From a candidate division FCPU426 bacterium (GTDB taxonomy: Bacteria > Oederibacteriota > Muellerivitia > Muellerivitales > Muellerivitaceae), in assembly GCA_963738405.1 (NCBI GenBank), contig CAVTWJ010000012.1:1-64000 (forward strand): a stretch of 64,000 nucleotides of DNA, written 5' to 3'. This document shows positions 11,612-22,102 of the stretch, piece after piece. Position 1 is the first letter of the stretch. Every line of letters starts with the position of its first letter. A program made the position numbers and the translations under genes. The notes under the pieces are model-generated. The model saw only the letters and a program-made list of their open reading frames with translations. It ran no database searches and was not told the DNA's origin.

Positions 11612-12004
11612 ATGAAAAGAATTTTTCTGATTTTAGGACTTGTTCTGTACGGGCTCTATGTGGCTTGGCTGGTCCTTACCAAATATTACGGTTTTGATTA
11701 TGTGGGTCAATTTGGGCCCTTGGTTCCTGAAGGAAAAGAATGGTTGAACACCAATGTAAAAATGGACGGTCTGACCCTTTTCGGACTCTTCGCAGTTTCC
11801 GCCATGCTGGTTTTTTATGCTCTTGAACAAAAGAGCCGGTGGTTCATTTTTTTATTCGCTCTTTCCTGCTGGATGGGATCGGCCTACGGCTTTTTGCAGG
11901 GCGCTTGGCCTTTTGGCCTAGTGGAATGTATCTGGGGGTTCGTGGCTGTTAGGAAGTGGTGGATGACCCCAAAAACGAAACCGGCACCTATCCATACTCC
12001 GTAA
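11612..12004 (+). CDS. Small membrane protein (YGFLQGAWPFG motif)
   Basis: GAGGAG RBS; hydrophobic; the C-terminal ~70 aa resemble a widespread small membrane protein family. Confidence 0.7.
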   Translation: MKRIFLILGLVLYGLYVAWLVLTKYYGFDYVGQFGPLVPEGKEWLNTNVKMDGLTLFGLFAVSAMLVFYALEQKSRWFIFLFALSCWMGSAYGFLQGAWPFGLVECIWGFVAVRKWWMTPKTKPAPIHTP

Positions 12005-12010
12005 AACCAG

Positions 12011-12454
12011 TTATTCCGGTTGTGGTTTCGGTCGGAACTTTGAGAACCAATTTTTCTCCAGATATTGCGAAAGCACGCTGACCCCCATTAAATCTTTGGG
12101 TTTCGAAAGATAATCGTCCGCCTCTGAAAAGGTCGCCCGCATGGAAATTTCCTGGCCTTCCGAACCCGTCAGGATCACGACGGGAATGGGACTGAGTTTC
12201 GCGTCTAACTTTAATTCTGACAGCACCTCCCAACCGTTTTTGGAAGGCAACCCAAGATCCAACAGGATGATGTGAGGAAGGGGCCCATCTTTTATTCTCA
12301 AATAGTTCATAGCGTTCAAGCCATCCGGGGAAACCGTTAGGTGGACGGGTAAGTCGGAATTCTCCATCGCATGACGGATCAGTTCGGCGTCACAGGGATT
12401 ATCCTCAACTAGAAGAACCTCCACCCCAGCATCCTGGTTTAGTTTCATCTTCAT
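12011..12454 (-). CDS. Single-domain response regulator (Rcp1-like)
   Basis: VLLVEDNP, LLDLGLP, LTGS, SKP, terminal W motif. Confidence 0.9.
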   Translation of the reverse strand: MKMKLNQDAGVEVLLVEDNPCDAELIRHAMENSDLPVHLTVSPDGLNAMNYLRIKDGPLPHIILLDLGLPSKNGWEVLSELKLDAKLSPIPVVILTGSEGQEISMRATFSEADDYLSKPKDLMGVSVLSQYLEKNWFSKFRPKPQPE

Positions 12455-12948
12455 TTCGTCCCACCTCCCCCCTGCGATTTAATTAAGTGCTTTCCCTTTT
12501 GAATGTCCCACAGCCAGTAATCTTCAAGGTATTTCAAAAAACTCGGGTACCGGGACCAATCCCGAGGTTTCCGAAGATAGGCGTTCACCCCGGCGTCATG
12601 AGCCCGCCGCCAATCCGCGTCCTGGGCCGAACTCGTCAGGACCACGGTGGGAATGGAATTAAGGGTAGCCGATCCTCGAATCTCCTGAAGGACCTCATGG
12701 CCGTTTTTCCGGGGAAGGTTCAAGTCCAATAGGATGAGCTCGGGTCGAGGCGCGTCATGGTAAGGTCCCCGCTGGTGAAGGTAACCTAAGGCTTCCTCTC
12801 CGTCCCCCACGATGTTCAAGCGCACGCGACAACGGGAGCCTTCGAATAGTTTCTCAAGCAGGATGACATCGCCGGGATTGTCTTCCACCAGGAGTATCTC
12901 CAGTGGATTTTCCGCTGGGCTGGGTTTATCGGTGAGTGGGGTTGGCAT
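12451..12948 (-). CDS. Single-domain response regulator (Rcp1-like)
   Basis: ILLVEDNPGD, LLDLNLP, LTSS, RKP, EDYWL; ATG at 12948 after AAGGAG. Confidence 0.9.
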   Translation of the reverse strand: MPTPLTDKPSPAENPLEILLVEDNPGDVILLEKLFEGSRCRVRLNIVGDGEEALGYLHQRGPYHDAPRPELILLDLNLPRKNGHEVLQEIRGSATLNSIPTVVLTSSAQDADWRRAHDAGVNAYLRKPRDWSRYPSFLKYLEDYWLWDIQKGKHLIKSQGGGGTK

Positions 12949-13509
12949 ACGCACTCCTTCGCAATGGCCGGAAAGGGGAAGAGTCACGCCTGTTACCGAC
13001 TCCACAGCATTTTATCGCCTCTTTTTTTAGGCAATAAAGTCTGGTGAATCTATTTTTAAGGAAACCATTTACCAGTCTGAAATTTCTCGTGCGTGATTTT
13101 TATTCATTCCCAAACGTCAATATTTTAAAGGACCGGCGTGGGACACTGAACCTTGTTTCACGCGCGAATTAGAATTTCTATCCGAAGATGAAGCGTTTTA
13201 AAGCCTAAACATTAACGTTTTGAATTCACGGGATTCCGCAAAGGGGTTTGGGGGTGACCGTTTTCCAAAACGACACTTTTCGTGCCAAATGAATTTCTTT
13301 AGCTAAAAATGATTAGCTTTTAAAGGCGAGTTGTTTTGATGTCCCCCAAGTAAAATGAAATAGAGACAGGTAGCCATTAACCGACTTGGGCCGGTTTGCC
13401 TTTGCGAGAAAATGTTGGAGCAGAGCGAAAAAATAATTTGGGTTCGAATTGGAACGGGGAGAGGGATCGGGTTCGGATTTACGATCCCCCAAAGTTAAAG
13501 GAGGGGAGC

Positions 13510-13953
13510 ATGGCAAGCCATATTGGAATGAAGGAAAAGACAGTAGATATTCTTTTGGTGGAGGATAACCTCGGGGACGTCATGTTGATCAAGGAGATGT
13601 TCAAGGGTTCCCGGTTTCCCGTCCGGTTGAGCGTTGCGCGCAACGGGCTGGACGCCCTTTGTTACCTCCGTCGGCAGGAACCCTATCCTCAGGCGAAAGT
13701 GCCCGACTTGGTCCTTTTGGATTTGAATCTTCCCAAGTTGAATGGACAAGAATTATTAGGGGCCATTAAGAGTGACTCGGAGCTTTGCGACCTGCCCGTC
13801 CTGGTTATCACCTCTTCCAAGGACCCCAAGGACAGGGAGCAATCCTACCAACACAATGCAAACTTCTACATCGTAAAGCCTCCGGATATGCGGGATTACA
13901 TTGGAATCATGAAATACATTGAAGATTTTTGGCTAGAGAAAATTTTCCGGTAA
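13510..13953 (+). CDS. Single-domain response regulator (Rcp1-like)
   Basis: ILLVEDN, LLDLNLP, ITSS, VKP, EDFWL; ATG at 13510 after GGAGGGGAG. Confidence 0.9.
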   Translation: MASHIGMKEKTVDILLVEDNLGDVMLIKEMFKGSRFPVRLSVARNGLDALCYLRRQEPYPQAKVPDLVLLDLNLPKLNGQELLGAIKSDSELCDLPVLVITSSKDPKDREQSYQHNANFYIVKPPDMRDYIGIMKYIEDFWLEKIFR

Positions 13954-14215
13954 TTTAATAGACTGAAGTGGCTTTAGTGCGGCTAAAGGTTCGCCGAAAA
14001 AATCGCTGCGATAATTGTTTCGTTAAACCAAGATACCGCTTCAATCCTTCCATCCGGCTCAGTTCTTCGTTTTCCTCTTACACAGTCGGTTCATGATGTT
14101 TAACCAATCTGTGGGGCGCAAATCTTTAGCGATTGCGATAAAGTTATTTGAATTTAAAAATTCAAGTCACTGCTGACCAGGTCTCCTTTGAAGAGGGGCC
14201 GGTGAGGGGAGAACA

Positions 14216-16885
14216 GTGAAGCGATTGTCTCTTAGGTGGGTATTGTTTTTTGTGACATTGTTTATGGCCTGGGTGCCCAGTTCTATCCTCCTCGCCCAAA
14301 TTTCGCTGACCACCTACCATAACGACCAGGCCCGCGACGGCTGGAACCAAAACGAAACCATCCTGACCACCGCCAACGTCAACACCACCGAATTTGGAAA
14401 ACTTTTTTCCGACGCCGTGGACGGGCAGGTTTACGCCCAACCCCTCTACTTGCCCAATGTCTCCATCGGCGGAGGCACACACAATGTGATTTATATCGTC
14501 ACCGAAAACGACAGCGCCTATGCCTTCGATGCCGATAATGCAGGGGTTACCTACTGGCACGACAGCTTCATTGGCGGGGTCACCATGACCGTTTCCCAGG
14601 CCGATGTGGGCGGCTGTCCCCAGATCACTCCCCAAATCGGCATTACCGACACCCCTGTCATCGACCCCGCCACGGGCACGATTTATTTCGTGGCCATGAC
14701 CAAGACGGTCTCAAGAGGGGTCACCACCTTCACCCAGACCCTGTACGCGCTGGATGTCACCTCCGGTGCCGAAAAATTCAACGGCCCCCAGACGATCGCG
14801 GCCACCGCCCCCGGCACCGGCGATGGCGGCACCACGGTCAAGTTCCGCCCCCTGGTCTATAAAGAAAGGTGCGCCCTGGCCCTGGTGAACGGAGTGGTTT
14901 ACACCAGCTGGACGGGCCATTGCGATTTTGACACCTTGGATGGGAATTATTACGGCTGGGTCCTGGGTTACAACGCTTCCAACATCACGGCCCAAGTCAG
15001 TGTCTTTTGCGCCTCGCCCAACGGCAGCGAATCTTCCTTTTGGGAATCGGGCGACGGCCCCTCGGTGGATTCCTCCGGCAATCTCTATTACATCGCCGGA
15101 AATGGAACCTTTGATACCTCGGCCCCTGTTTCGGATTTCGGTCAGTGCATTTTAAAACTTAACACCATCGCCAACGCGGTCACCGCGCTGGATTATTTCG
15201 CGCCCCTTAGCCAGGCCGCTATGAGCTCCGGGGACCAGGACATGGGCTCGGCGGGCCAATGCCTACTACCTGCTTCCTGGGGAACTACGGCCCATCCCAG
15301 TCTTTTGTTGGGGGCGGACAAACCCGGCGATCTTTACGTGGTGGACGCCGACACCGGTAGCATGGGCAAGTACAGCACCACCGCCAACAATATTGTTCAA
15401 ACGGTCCTTCCGATCGGGGGAAAGGGCTACACCACGCCCGCTATCTACAGCAACGGGGTCACCCAGTTTGTTTATTGGGGGATGACGGGGGCGAAAATGA
15501 AGGCCTATGTCTTTTCTAACGGGCAATATGTGACCCCCAATTCCTCGGCGACCAGTGAAACCTATAGCGGCTCCTCCAGCGGATGCGTCCCCAGCGTTTC
15601 CTCCAATGGAACCACAAACGGCATCGTTTGGGGCCTTTTGCCTGGAACCCCGGTCCAATTGTGCGCCTACGACGCCACCAACCTCACCAAGGAGCTTTAC
15701 ACCAGCGCCCAGAACAGCGCCAGGGACTCGGCGGTCGCTACTTACGTCAAGTTCGCCCCGCCAAGCGTCGTCAACGGAAAGGTCTATGTGCCCACCGCCA
15801 GTAGTTTGGTGGTATATGGGTTGATTTCCACCGGGGGCACCGCCACTTTCACCTCTACGGTGACTCGAACACCTAGCCCCACACCCACGCTAAGCCCCAC
15901 GGTGACCTCCACCCCAACTCAAACCCGAACCACTACTCTAACCAGCACCGCTACCTCCACTTCCACGAATACTTCCACCAAAACAAGTACGGCGACCCCC
16001 ACAACCACAGCGACCTTTTCGATGACCACCACAGCCACCTTCAGTTCCACCAGCTCTCCTACCGCGGTTCCACCCACGGTCACCTTCACCGCCACTTCCT
16101 CACGAACCTCCACAGCGGTTTTTACGGCCACGCCAACCCTGACTTCCACTCCTACCGTAACCAGCACTGGAACCCCCACCAATTCCTTCACCTTCTCGCC
16201 AACGCCCATCCCTACGGGCACGAATACCGCGACTCCCACAACTTCCAAAACCTCTACCTCGACTCCTGTGCCGCCGACCTTCACAACCACGCCCGTTCAT
16301 TCCTCAACCCCGACCGCCATTCCCAGCTCAACCCCCACGGCCACTTTTTCCGCGACACTCTTGAACACTTTCACGGCAACTGCGTCTAGTACAAATACTC
16401 TGGTGAATAGTTTCACCCCTACTTCCGTGAACAGTTCCACTCCGACCTGGACGCCCTCCTCCACCTCCACGTCGGTACCGACTTCCGCCTACACCCCCAG
16501 CGCGACGCCTTCCACGACCCCCTCGCTCACACCCTCTCCCACCTTCACGCCTACGGCTTCTCCAAGCCTCGAACCCTCGCCCTCTGGCACCCCCACCGTG
16601 ATCGTGCCGGCCAAGCCTGTTCTTTACCCCAATCCCGTCAAGGGGGGAACCTCCGCCGAGCTTCAAGTCACCCTTTTGTCCGCTGCGAATGTAAGGGTGC
16701 AAATATTCACCTTGTCTTTCCGCAAGGTCTTTGACCAGACCTATTCGAATCTATCCGCCGGCGTCGATGACCTGCCGGTTTCTCTGGTCCATAGCGAGGG
16801 ACACCCCTTGGCCAACGGGCTTTATTACGTGGTCGTTACCGTCAACGGCCAGCGAACGCTCTTGAAACTGCTGATCTTGAAGTAG
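14216..16885 (+). CDS. Secreted protein: PQQ-like beta-propeller region, long Thr/Ser/Pro linker, C-terminal Ig-like sorting-type domain
   Basis: Signal peptide; TYHNDQARDGWN..ET, VDGQVYAQPLY, KFAPPSVVNGKVYV; ~260-aa T/S/P tract; C-terminal YPNP...LANGLYY...KLLILK. Confidence 0.85.
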   Translation: MKRLSLRWVLFFVTLFMAWVPSSILLAQISLTTYHNDQARDGWNQNETILTTANVNTTEFGKLFSDAVDGQVYAQPLYLPNVSIGGGTHNVIYIVTENDSAYAFDADNAGVTYWHDSFIGGVTMTVSQADVGGCPQITPQIGITDTPVIDPATGTIYFVAMTKTVSRGVTTFTQTLYALDVTSGAEKFNGPQTIAATAPGTGDGGTTVKFRPLVYKERCALALVNGVVYTSWTGHCDFDTLDGNYYGWVLGYNASNITAQVSVFCASPNGSESSFWESGDGPSVDSSGNLYYIAGNGTFDTSAPVSDFGQCILKLNTIANAVTALDYFAPLSQAAMSSGDQDMGSAGQCLLPASWGTTAHPSLLLGADKPGDLYVVDADTGSMGKYSTTANNIVQTVLPIGGKGYTTPAIYSNGVTQFVYWGMTGAKMKAYVFSNGQYVTPNSSATSETYSGSSSGCVPSVSSNGTTNGIVWGLLPGTPVQLCAYDATNLTKELYTSAQNSARDSAVATYVKFAPPSVVNGKVYVPTASSLVVYGLISTGGTATFTSTVTRTPSPTPTLSPTVTSTPTQTRTTTLTSTATSTSTNTSTKTSTATPTTTATFSMTTTATFSSTSSPTAVPPTVTFTATSSRTSTAVFTATPTLTSTPTVTSTGTPTNSFTFSPTPIPTGTNTATPTTSKTSTSTPVPPTFTTTPVHSSTPTAIPSSTPTATFSATLLNTFTATASSTNTLVNSFTPTSVNSSTPTWTPSSTSTSVPTSAYTPSATPSTTPSLTPSPTFTPTASPSLEPSPSGTPTVIVPAKPVLYPNPVKGGTSAELQVTLLSAANVRVQIFTLSFRKVFDQTYSNLSAGVDDLPVSLVHSEGHPLANGLYYVVVTVNGQRTLLKLLILK
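15840..16600 (+). repeat. Low-complexity Thr/Ser/Pro-coding tract
   Basis: ACN/TCN/CCN codon run encoding repeats such as TATPT and TSTPT. Confidence 0.85.
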
Positions 16886-16989
16886 ACCCGCCCGTTGGTA
16901 AGTTCGTTTTAGTTCCCAGGTCGTGATGTGTTTGATCAAATACCGCAGGCAGGGCCGAAACCTGGGCCCTTCCCATTGAAAGGTTTGGA

Positions 16990-19287
16990 ATGAAATTCCC
17001 CCGACCCGGTTTGACCGCTTCAGCCTTTTTTTTATTTTTTCCCTTGGTCCTTCTGGCCCCCCTTCCTTCCCAAGCCCAAATGCTCCTTTCCGGGAAAGTT
17101 TTGGATGCCTATCTCCAAACGCCTTTAAGGGAGGCGAAGGTTTCCGCCCAAGGGCAAACCGTCGAGACGGACGCCGCCGGAAAATTCCAAATATCAGCCG
17201 GGGACCCAACCTCGGAACTGGTAATTACCAAAGAAGGCTACCTGCCTCTCATGCTCCCCGTTCAGGGCTGGATGGGCGAAAAGGCGGTGGCCTTAAAACC
17301 TTCCAATCTCACCCTTCCAGAAGTGGTGGTGCGGGCCTATGGGGAAGACCAGAAGCTTTTGGAAACCCCCGGCAACCTCTCGCTGTTGACCGAGCGTGAC
17401 CTCGACCGGGGGAGCCGGGTCAACCTGGCGCCGGTGCTGAACGCGGTGGCAGGGGTGCGGATGGACCAGGCCTTCATGGTGGATTCGAGGCTTTCCCTTC
17501 GGGGCGTGGGTTTGACCGCCAACTACGGCATCCGGGATATTGGTATTTATGTGGACGGCATTCCCATCAACGAAGCGGATGGGTTCGCCCGTATGGAAGG
17601 CCTGGATCCAGATCTTTTAGGCGAGGCTCAGATCATCCGGGGGCCCGCTTCCAGCCTTTATGGCGCGGGCGTGGGCGGGGACGTGCTTTTTAATACCCTT
17701 CGCCCTCCGGCCGGGGAAACCAGCCTGGAAGCCTCGGGGCTGGCCGGTTCCTGGGGGCTTTACCGCTCCGAGGGTTCGCTCAAGGCAGATCTGGGCAACG
17801 GTTTTATGTTGGTCAACTACGGAACCGAATGGTTCAACGGCTATGTCAACCACACGGCGGATTACCACAGCTTCGCCACGGCCCTCGGCACCTTTTATCC
17901 CGGCGACAAAGACAGCCTGACGGTTCTCATCAACCAATCCAACGAGCAGTCGCTGGTGGCCACCGCCGAAACTTACGCCCAATTCACCTCCGCGCCCCAG
18001 GCGGGCGTGGCCGCTGACGACCTTTTCAACCTGCACCACAACGAGCTATGGACCCGGTACGGGGTCTCCAACCGCTACGTTTTCAGCGACCAGTGGGAAA
18101 ATGAAACCACCCTCTATGCCTCGTCTTTCCTCATGGACAGGGCCTTCGCCGACTCCCTGGCCTTCGCGGCGCTGTTGAACAAGACCATGCAAAACGCGGG
18201 GGGCCGCACCCAATGGACCTTTAAGACCAGCCTAACCGACCGCCTGGATCTTTCCTTAAGCGCGGGCGGGGAATTCATGAACCAATTCTCGACCTATAAC
18301 TATTACTACAACAACCACGGGGTCCAGGGGGCCCTGGGTTATATCCTCCAGGGAACGGAAGAACATGAGAATCTTTTTTTCGAGGCGGACGCGGACCTCG
18401 AGAAAAACACCTTCCTCACCACCGGCCTAAACCTCAATGCCACCAGCTACATGCTGAATTTACAGACCTCCCAATTGAACAACGCCGTTGGCTTTACCCC
18501 CACTCTCTGCCTTCGGGTCGCCTTGTCGCATGTATTCGACAAGGCCTTCTCGGTTTACGGGGATGTCAGCCAGGGTTTCTCGCCGCCCGATTTTGACGAG
18601 ATGAAAAACCCCTTCACGGGCGGCCTGCTTCCGAACCTTCTTCCCGAATTGGCCACCCAATATGAAATAGGCGCCAGGGGCCGTCTTTCGGACATCCCTC
18701 TCGGCTATGATCTGGCGCTTTACGATTTGGACGCGGTCCAGGAACTGGTCCAGCAAACCGTGAGCGGGGTGGCGGAGTTCGTCAACGCGGGCGGCACCAA
18801 CCATAAGGGGGTGGAACTGACCCTGTCGGAAAGCCTGGTGAATGATCCAACGCGATTCCTCACCCTTTTAAAACCCTGGATCGCCTATAGCTATCAGCAT
18901 TACGTCTTCACCCAATACACCAATAATGGGGTCAGCTACGCGGGGAACCAGTTAACTGGCAACCCGGAGAACCAATTCAATACCGGGATCGATATTGAAA
19001 CTCAGCCGGGCCTTTACCTTAACACCAACATTCAATTCGTGGATGCCTACCCTATCACCGACAGCAACAGCGTCTGGAACAATTCATTTGCCCTCTGGAA
19101 CGCCAAATTGGGTTACCGCCAAACGATCGGGAAGCAGATGAAGGTGGATGCCTTTGTGGGCGGGGAAAATCTTTTGAACCAAACCTATTCGGCCTACGTG
19201 GCTTTCAATGCCACCAACGCGGCCTATTACGAGCCGGGTGTGGGCCAAAGCCTTTACGGCGGTTTGAATTTGAACGTGTTGTTTTAG
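16990..19287 (+). CDS. TonB-dependent receptor with an N-terminal carboxypeptidase-regulatory-like domain
   Basis: Signal peptide; EVVVRA TonB box; plug motifs LSLRG, YVDGIP, IIRGPASSLYG; ENLLNQTY; terminal Phe. Confidence 0.93.
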   Translation: MKFPRPGLTASAFFLFFPLVLLAPLPSQAQMLLSGKVLDAYLQTPLREAKVSAQGQTVETDAAGKFQISAGDPTSELVITKEGYLPLMLPVQGWMGEKAVALKPSNLTLPEVVVRAYGEDQKLLETPGNLSLLTERDLDRGSRVNLAPVLNAVAGVRMDQAFMVDSRLSLRGVGLTANYGIRDIGIYVDGIPINEADGFARMEGLDPDLLGEAQIIRGPASSLYGAGVGGDVLFNTLRPPAGETSLEASGLAGSWGLYRSEGSLKADLGNGFMLVNYGTEWFNGYVNHTADYHSFATALGTFYPGDKDSLTVLINQSNEQSLVATAETYAQFTSAPQAGVAADDLFNLHHNELWTRYGVSNRYVFSDQWENETTLYASSFLMDRAFADSLAFAALLNKTMQNAGGRTQWTFKTSLTDRLDLSLSAGGEFMNQFSTYNYYYNNHGVQGALGYILQGTEEHENLFFEADADLEKNTFLTTGLNLNATSYMLNLQTSQLNNAVGFTPTLCLRVALSHVFDKAFSVYGDVSQGFSPPDFDEMKNPFTGGLLPNLLPELATQYEIGARGRLSDIPLGYDLALYDLDAVQELVQQTVSGVAEFVNAGGTNHKGVELTLSESLVNDPTRFLTLLKPWIAYSYQHYVFTQYTNNGVSYAGNQLTGNPENQFNTGIDIETQPGLYLNTNIQFVDAYPITDSNSVWNNSFALWNAKLGYRQTIGKQMKVDAFVGGENLLNQTYSAYVAFNATNAAYYEPGVGQSLYGGLNLNVLF

Positions 19288-21923
19288 CGGGAAATGACGA
19301 TCTTAAGCTTCTGTCTGAAGGTCACAGCCCCGTTTGAGTTGATCACATCCACCACGGCGATGTAATAGCCGCTGGCCATGCCGGATGCGTTCCAAAGGGT
19401 TTGTTGGGACCCCGGGTCCTCCTTAATCGTGGCCACCCTTTCCCCGGCGATATCATAAATTTGGACGCGCAGGGTGTAGGGCTGGAGCGAACTGAATTTA
19501 AAGGCCGTCTTGAACCCGTCGGAGCTGGAAAGAAAATTGGGGCAGGCCGAAAGGGTCCAGTGCTGGTTGGTTTCGCCAGCCGTGACCTGGACGATGCGGG
19601 TGATATCTTCCGTCGCTCCCGTCCCCTGGTCCCAATGGACCGAAAGAATGTAATTTCCGGGGGAAACATAAGGGCCGGAATCGCTAGTTCCGTTCCAGGT
19701 TAAGGTAACGGCTGTTCCGGAAGTTTGAATGGTCATTTGAACTTCGGAGGCGGGGCCTGAGGCACCTGGCTGGAAAGCGCTTTGGCTTAAAAGGACTCCG
19801 GTTAGCTGGGAACCCGTTGGGTCCTCCGTCCAGCCGGAGAGGTGCTTGACCAGTTCCCCTGCCTCGTTAAAGACGCTGGCATCCACCCGCAGGATAGGCC
19901 GGTTTACCATCGCCTGCCTCGTGACGGTAGTCACCACGCCGAGAGGATCGGTGTTTTTAATAACAATATAATAGGTTCCATTCACGACTGGATTGCCTGA
20001 GCCGTCCAGCCCCTTCCAAAATCCCAGGGAGACCCCGCCCGAGTATAGGATGATTTGGTTCTGGGTGCCCTTAAGCGTAGTGATGGGCCCTCCCGCCAAG
20101 TCCAGGCTCAAAACACTTTGTGAATATTTTCTTGTCCATAAGCCGCAAATGAGTTCCCCCGCCTCGTTGTAAACCCCCGCCTCAACCGTGTACCCCCCCG
20201 TCACCGCCACCGTGGCGGCGGCGGAAAGGGGCATTCCCAGACTGGATGAGGAAAGCAGGGCAGTGTTCACGATCTGGCTTTGACCCGGAACAAAGGAATT
20301 GATTTGGGCCTGGTAGCTCAAGCCGTAAACCCCAGGCGGGAGTGTGGGAGGAAGGTTCCAAACCAACTGGGAAGAGGAGGTCGAAAAAGTCGCGGTACCG
20401 GAAGCCGGCGGGGAAAGGCTTATGAAAATTTCATCCGGCGGTAGGTTGTCCGTGACCTGGGCGTTATCCAGTGTTCCCCCGTTCAAGGTCACCGAGAGGG
20501 TATAGGTGATCATGTCACCGGAAGAGGCGGAGCCGGGGGAAGCGGTTTTTCCCAAGGAGGTCCAGGGGGTGGCCGTGGGCGTCACCGTGTAGGTAACTGT
20601 GGGTGAGGGTGTCGGTGTTTGGGTGGGGGAGAAGGTAAGGGTTTGAGTCATCGTTACGGTGAGCGTGGCAGTGGAGGTGAAGGTGGAAGTAAAAGTCAGT
20701 GTTACGGTAGGGCTTGGAGTCAGGGTCGGGCTGTAGGAGGCGGTGGGGGTCTCCGTCGGCGTCTGGGTGGATGTAAAGGTGGCAGTGGAGGTCGGTGTTG
20801 AGGTGGGGCCGCAGAGGCCGGTGATTTTTCGCACGACCGAGTTGCCGTAATCCACCACGTAAAGGTCTCCGGTGCCGTCAAAGGCCAGGGATTCGGTGTG
20901 GTTGAACTGGGCAAGGGCAGCTGGGCCCCCGTCGCCAAAATAACCTGCCGCGCCGGTGCCTGCCATAGTGGTGACCGTACCCGAGGGGATTCCGACCTCC
21001 CGCACGACGTTGTTCATGTCGTCGGTCATGAAAAGGTTTCCGCCGCAACCGAAGGCCATGGTGCCGTTGTCGAAAAAGAAATCGGCCAGCAGGGCGGTGC
21101 CACCATCACCGGTGTAGCCTGGCGTGCCAGTTCCCGCAAAGGTTGAAATAACCCCTGTCGCGATGGAAACCTTCCGGATGACCCAATTGTTGAAATCGGA
21201 AATATAAAAGTTCCCTAAATTGTCTGGATCAACCATTTCACAGCCGTTCAACTGAGCCGATACGGCCGCCCCTCCGTCCCCCGTGTAGCCCGGCGTGCCG
21301 GTTCCCGCCACGGTCGTGATGATTCCCGTCGTCTCGCTGTACAGTCGCACGGCGTTATTGCCCGAATCGGCGATGTAGAGGTTGTTTTGGACGTCGAATC
21401 GAATGCCGATGGGGGAATCAATTTCAGCCGAAAGGGCAGCCCCGCCGTCGCCTGAGAAGCCTGGCGTGCTCGTGCCCACCACGGTGGTGATAATGCCTGT
21501 TGCCGCGTTCACTTCCCGGATTACATCGTTGTAGTAATCGGCGATGAAGAGATTGTTGTTGGAATCCACGGCTATCCCTGAGGGGTAGAAAAAGGTGGCG
21601 AGGGTGGCCGGGCCGCCATCCCCGGTGTAGCCGCCCAGGGTGGAAGACCCCGCATAGGTGCTGATAACGCCGGTGGCGGCGGTTACTTTGCGGATCACGC
21701 AATTTCCCGCATCGGCGATGTAATAATTACCGAAAGAATCGAAGGCGATATCGTCGGGCTGGTTGATTTCGGCCTGGTTGGCCGCCGACCCGTCCCCGGT
21801 GTAGCCGCCAATTCCGTTTCCAGCGGCGGTGGTAATGGTTTGTCCACAGGCGGAGAATAAACCCATCCCTGGGGCGAAGGTTATAAATAGTAACAGCCGG
21901 AAAATATAAATCTTTTGAATCAT
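19284..21923 (-). CDS. Secreted NHL-repeat protein with a T/P linker, DUF11-like domain, FlgD-like Ig domains and a C-terminal sorting-type domain
   Basis: Six G(Y/F)xGDG-type NHL repeats (YIAD...IRK); GDMITYTL...VTDNLP; VYNEAGE...W.G...GTY; C-terminal CPN...IYDIAGE...SGYY...K. Confidence 0.85.
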   Translation of the reverse strand: MIQKIYIFRLLLFITFAPGMGLFSACGQTITTAAGNGIGGYTGDGSAANQAEINQPDDIAFDSFGNYYIADAGNCVIRKVTAATGVISTYAGSSTLGGYTGDGGPATLATFFYPSGIAVDSNNNLFIADYYNDVIREVNAATGIITTVVGTSTPGFSGDGGAALSAEIDSPIGIRFDVQNNLYIADSGNNAVRLYSETTGIITTVAGTGTPGYTGDGGAAVSAQLNGCEMVDPDNLGNFYISDFNNWVIRKVSIATGVISTFAGTGTPGYTGDGGTALLADFFFDNGTMAFGCGGNLFMTDDMNNVVREVGIPSGTVTTMAGTGAAGYFGDGGPAALAQFNHTESLAFDGTGDLYVVDYGNSVVRKITGLCGPTSTPTSTATFTSTQTPTETPTASYSPTLTPSPTVTLTFTSTFTSTATLTVTMTQTLTFSPTQTPTPSPTVTYTVTPTATPWTSLGKTASPGSASSGDMITYTLSVTLNGGTLDNAQVTDNLPPDEIFISLSPPASGTATFSTSSSQLVWNLPPTLPPGVYGLSYQAQINSFVPGQSQIVNTALLSSSSLGMPLSAAATVAVTGGYTVEAGVYNEAGELICGLWTRKYSQSVLSLDLAGGPITTLKGTQNQIILYSGGVSLGFWKGLDGSGNPVVNGTYYIVIKNTDPLGVVTTVTRQAMVNRPILRVDASVFNEAGELVKHLSGWTEDPTGSQLTGVLLSQSAFQPGASGPASEVQMTIQTSGTAVTLTWNGTSDSGPYVSPGNYILSVHWDQGTGATEDITRIVQVTAGETNQHWTLSACPNFLSSSDGFKTAFKFSSLQPYTLRVQIYDIAGERVATIKEDPGSQQTLWNASGMASGYYIAVVDVINSNGAVTFRQKLKIVISR

Positions 21924-22102
21924 AGAGAGGCCCTCAGTCGATACCTGTTCCCCTATTGTCTCATCTTGGTTGTGTTTTGGGTGGAAGAGTCGACTTTTTA
22001 CTTTGGCCTAACCCGGAGAGCCTCTTGGGTGTTAAGCGTAAAACCCTAAGTATCTCGAGGGGTAGTTGGAACCTATTTAATTTAATATGTCTTCTTTTTT
22101 TT

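Noticed and set aside
15840..20810. Repetitive tracts as a CRISPR array or tandem repeat
   Set aside because: They are Thr/Pro-rich coding linkers with no fixed repeat-spacer period; no cas genes are present
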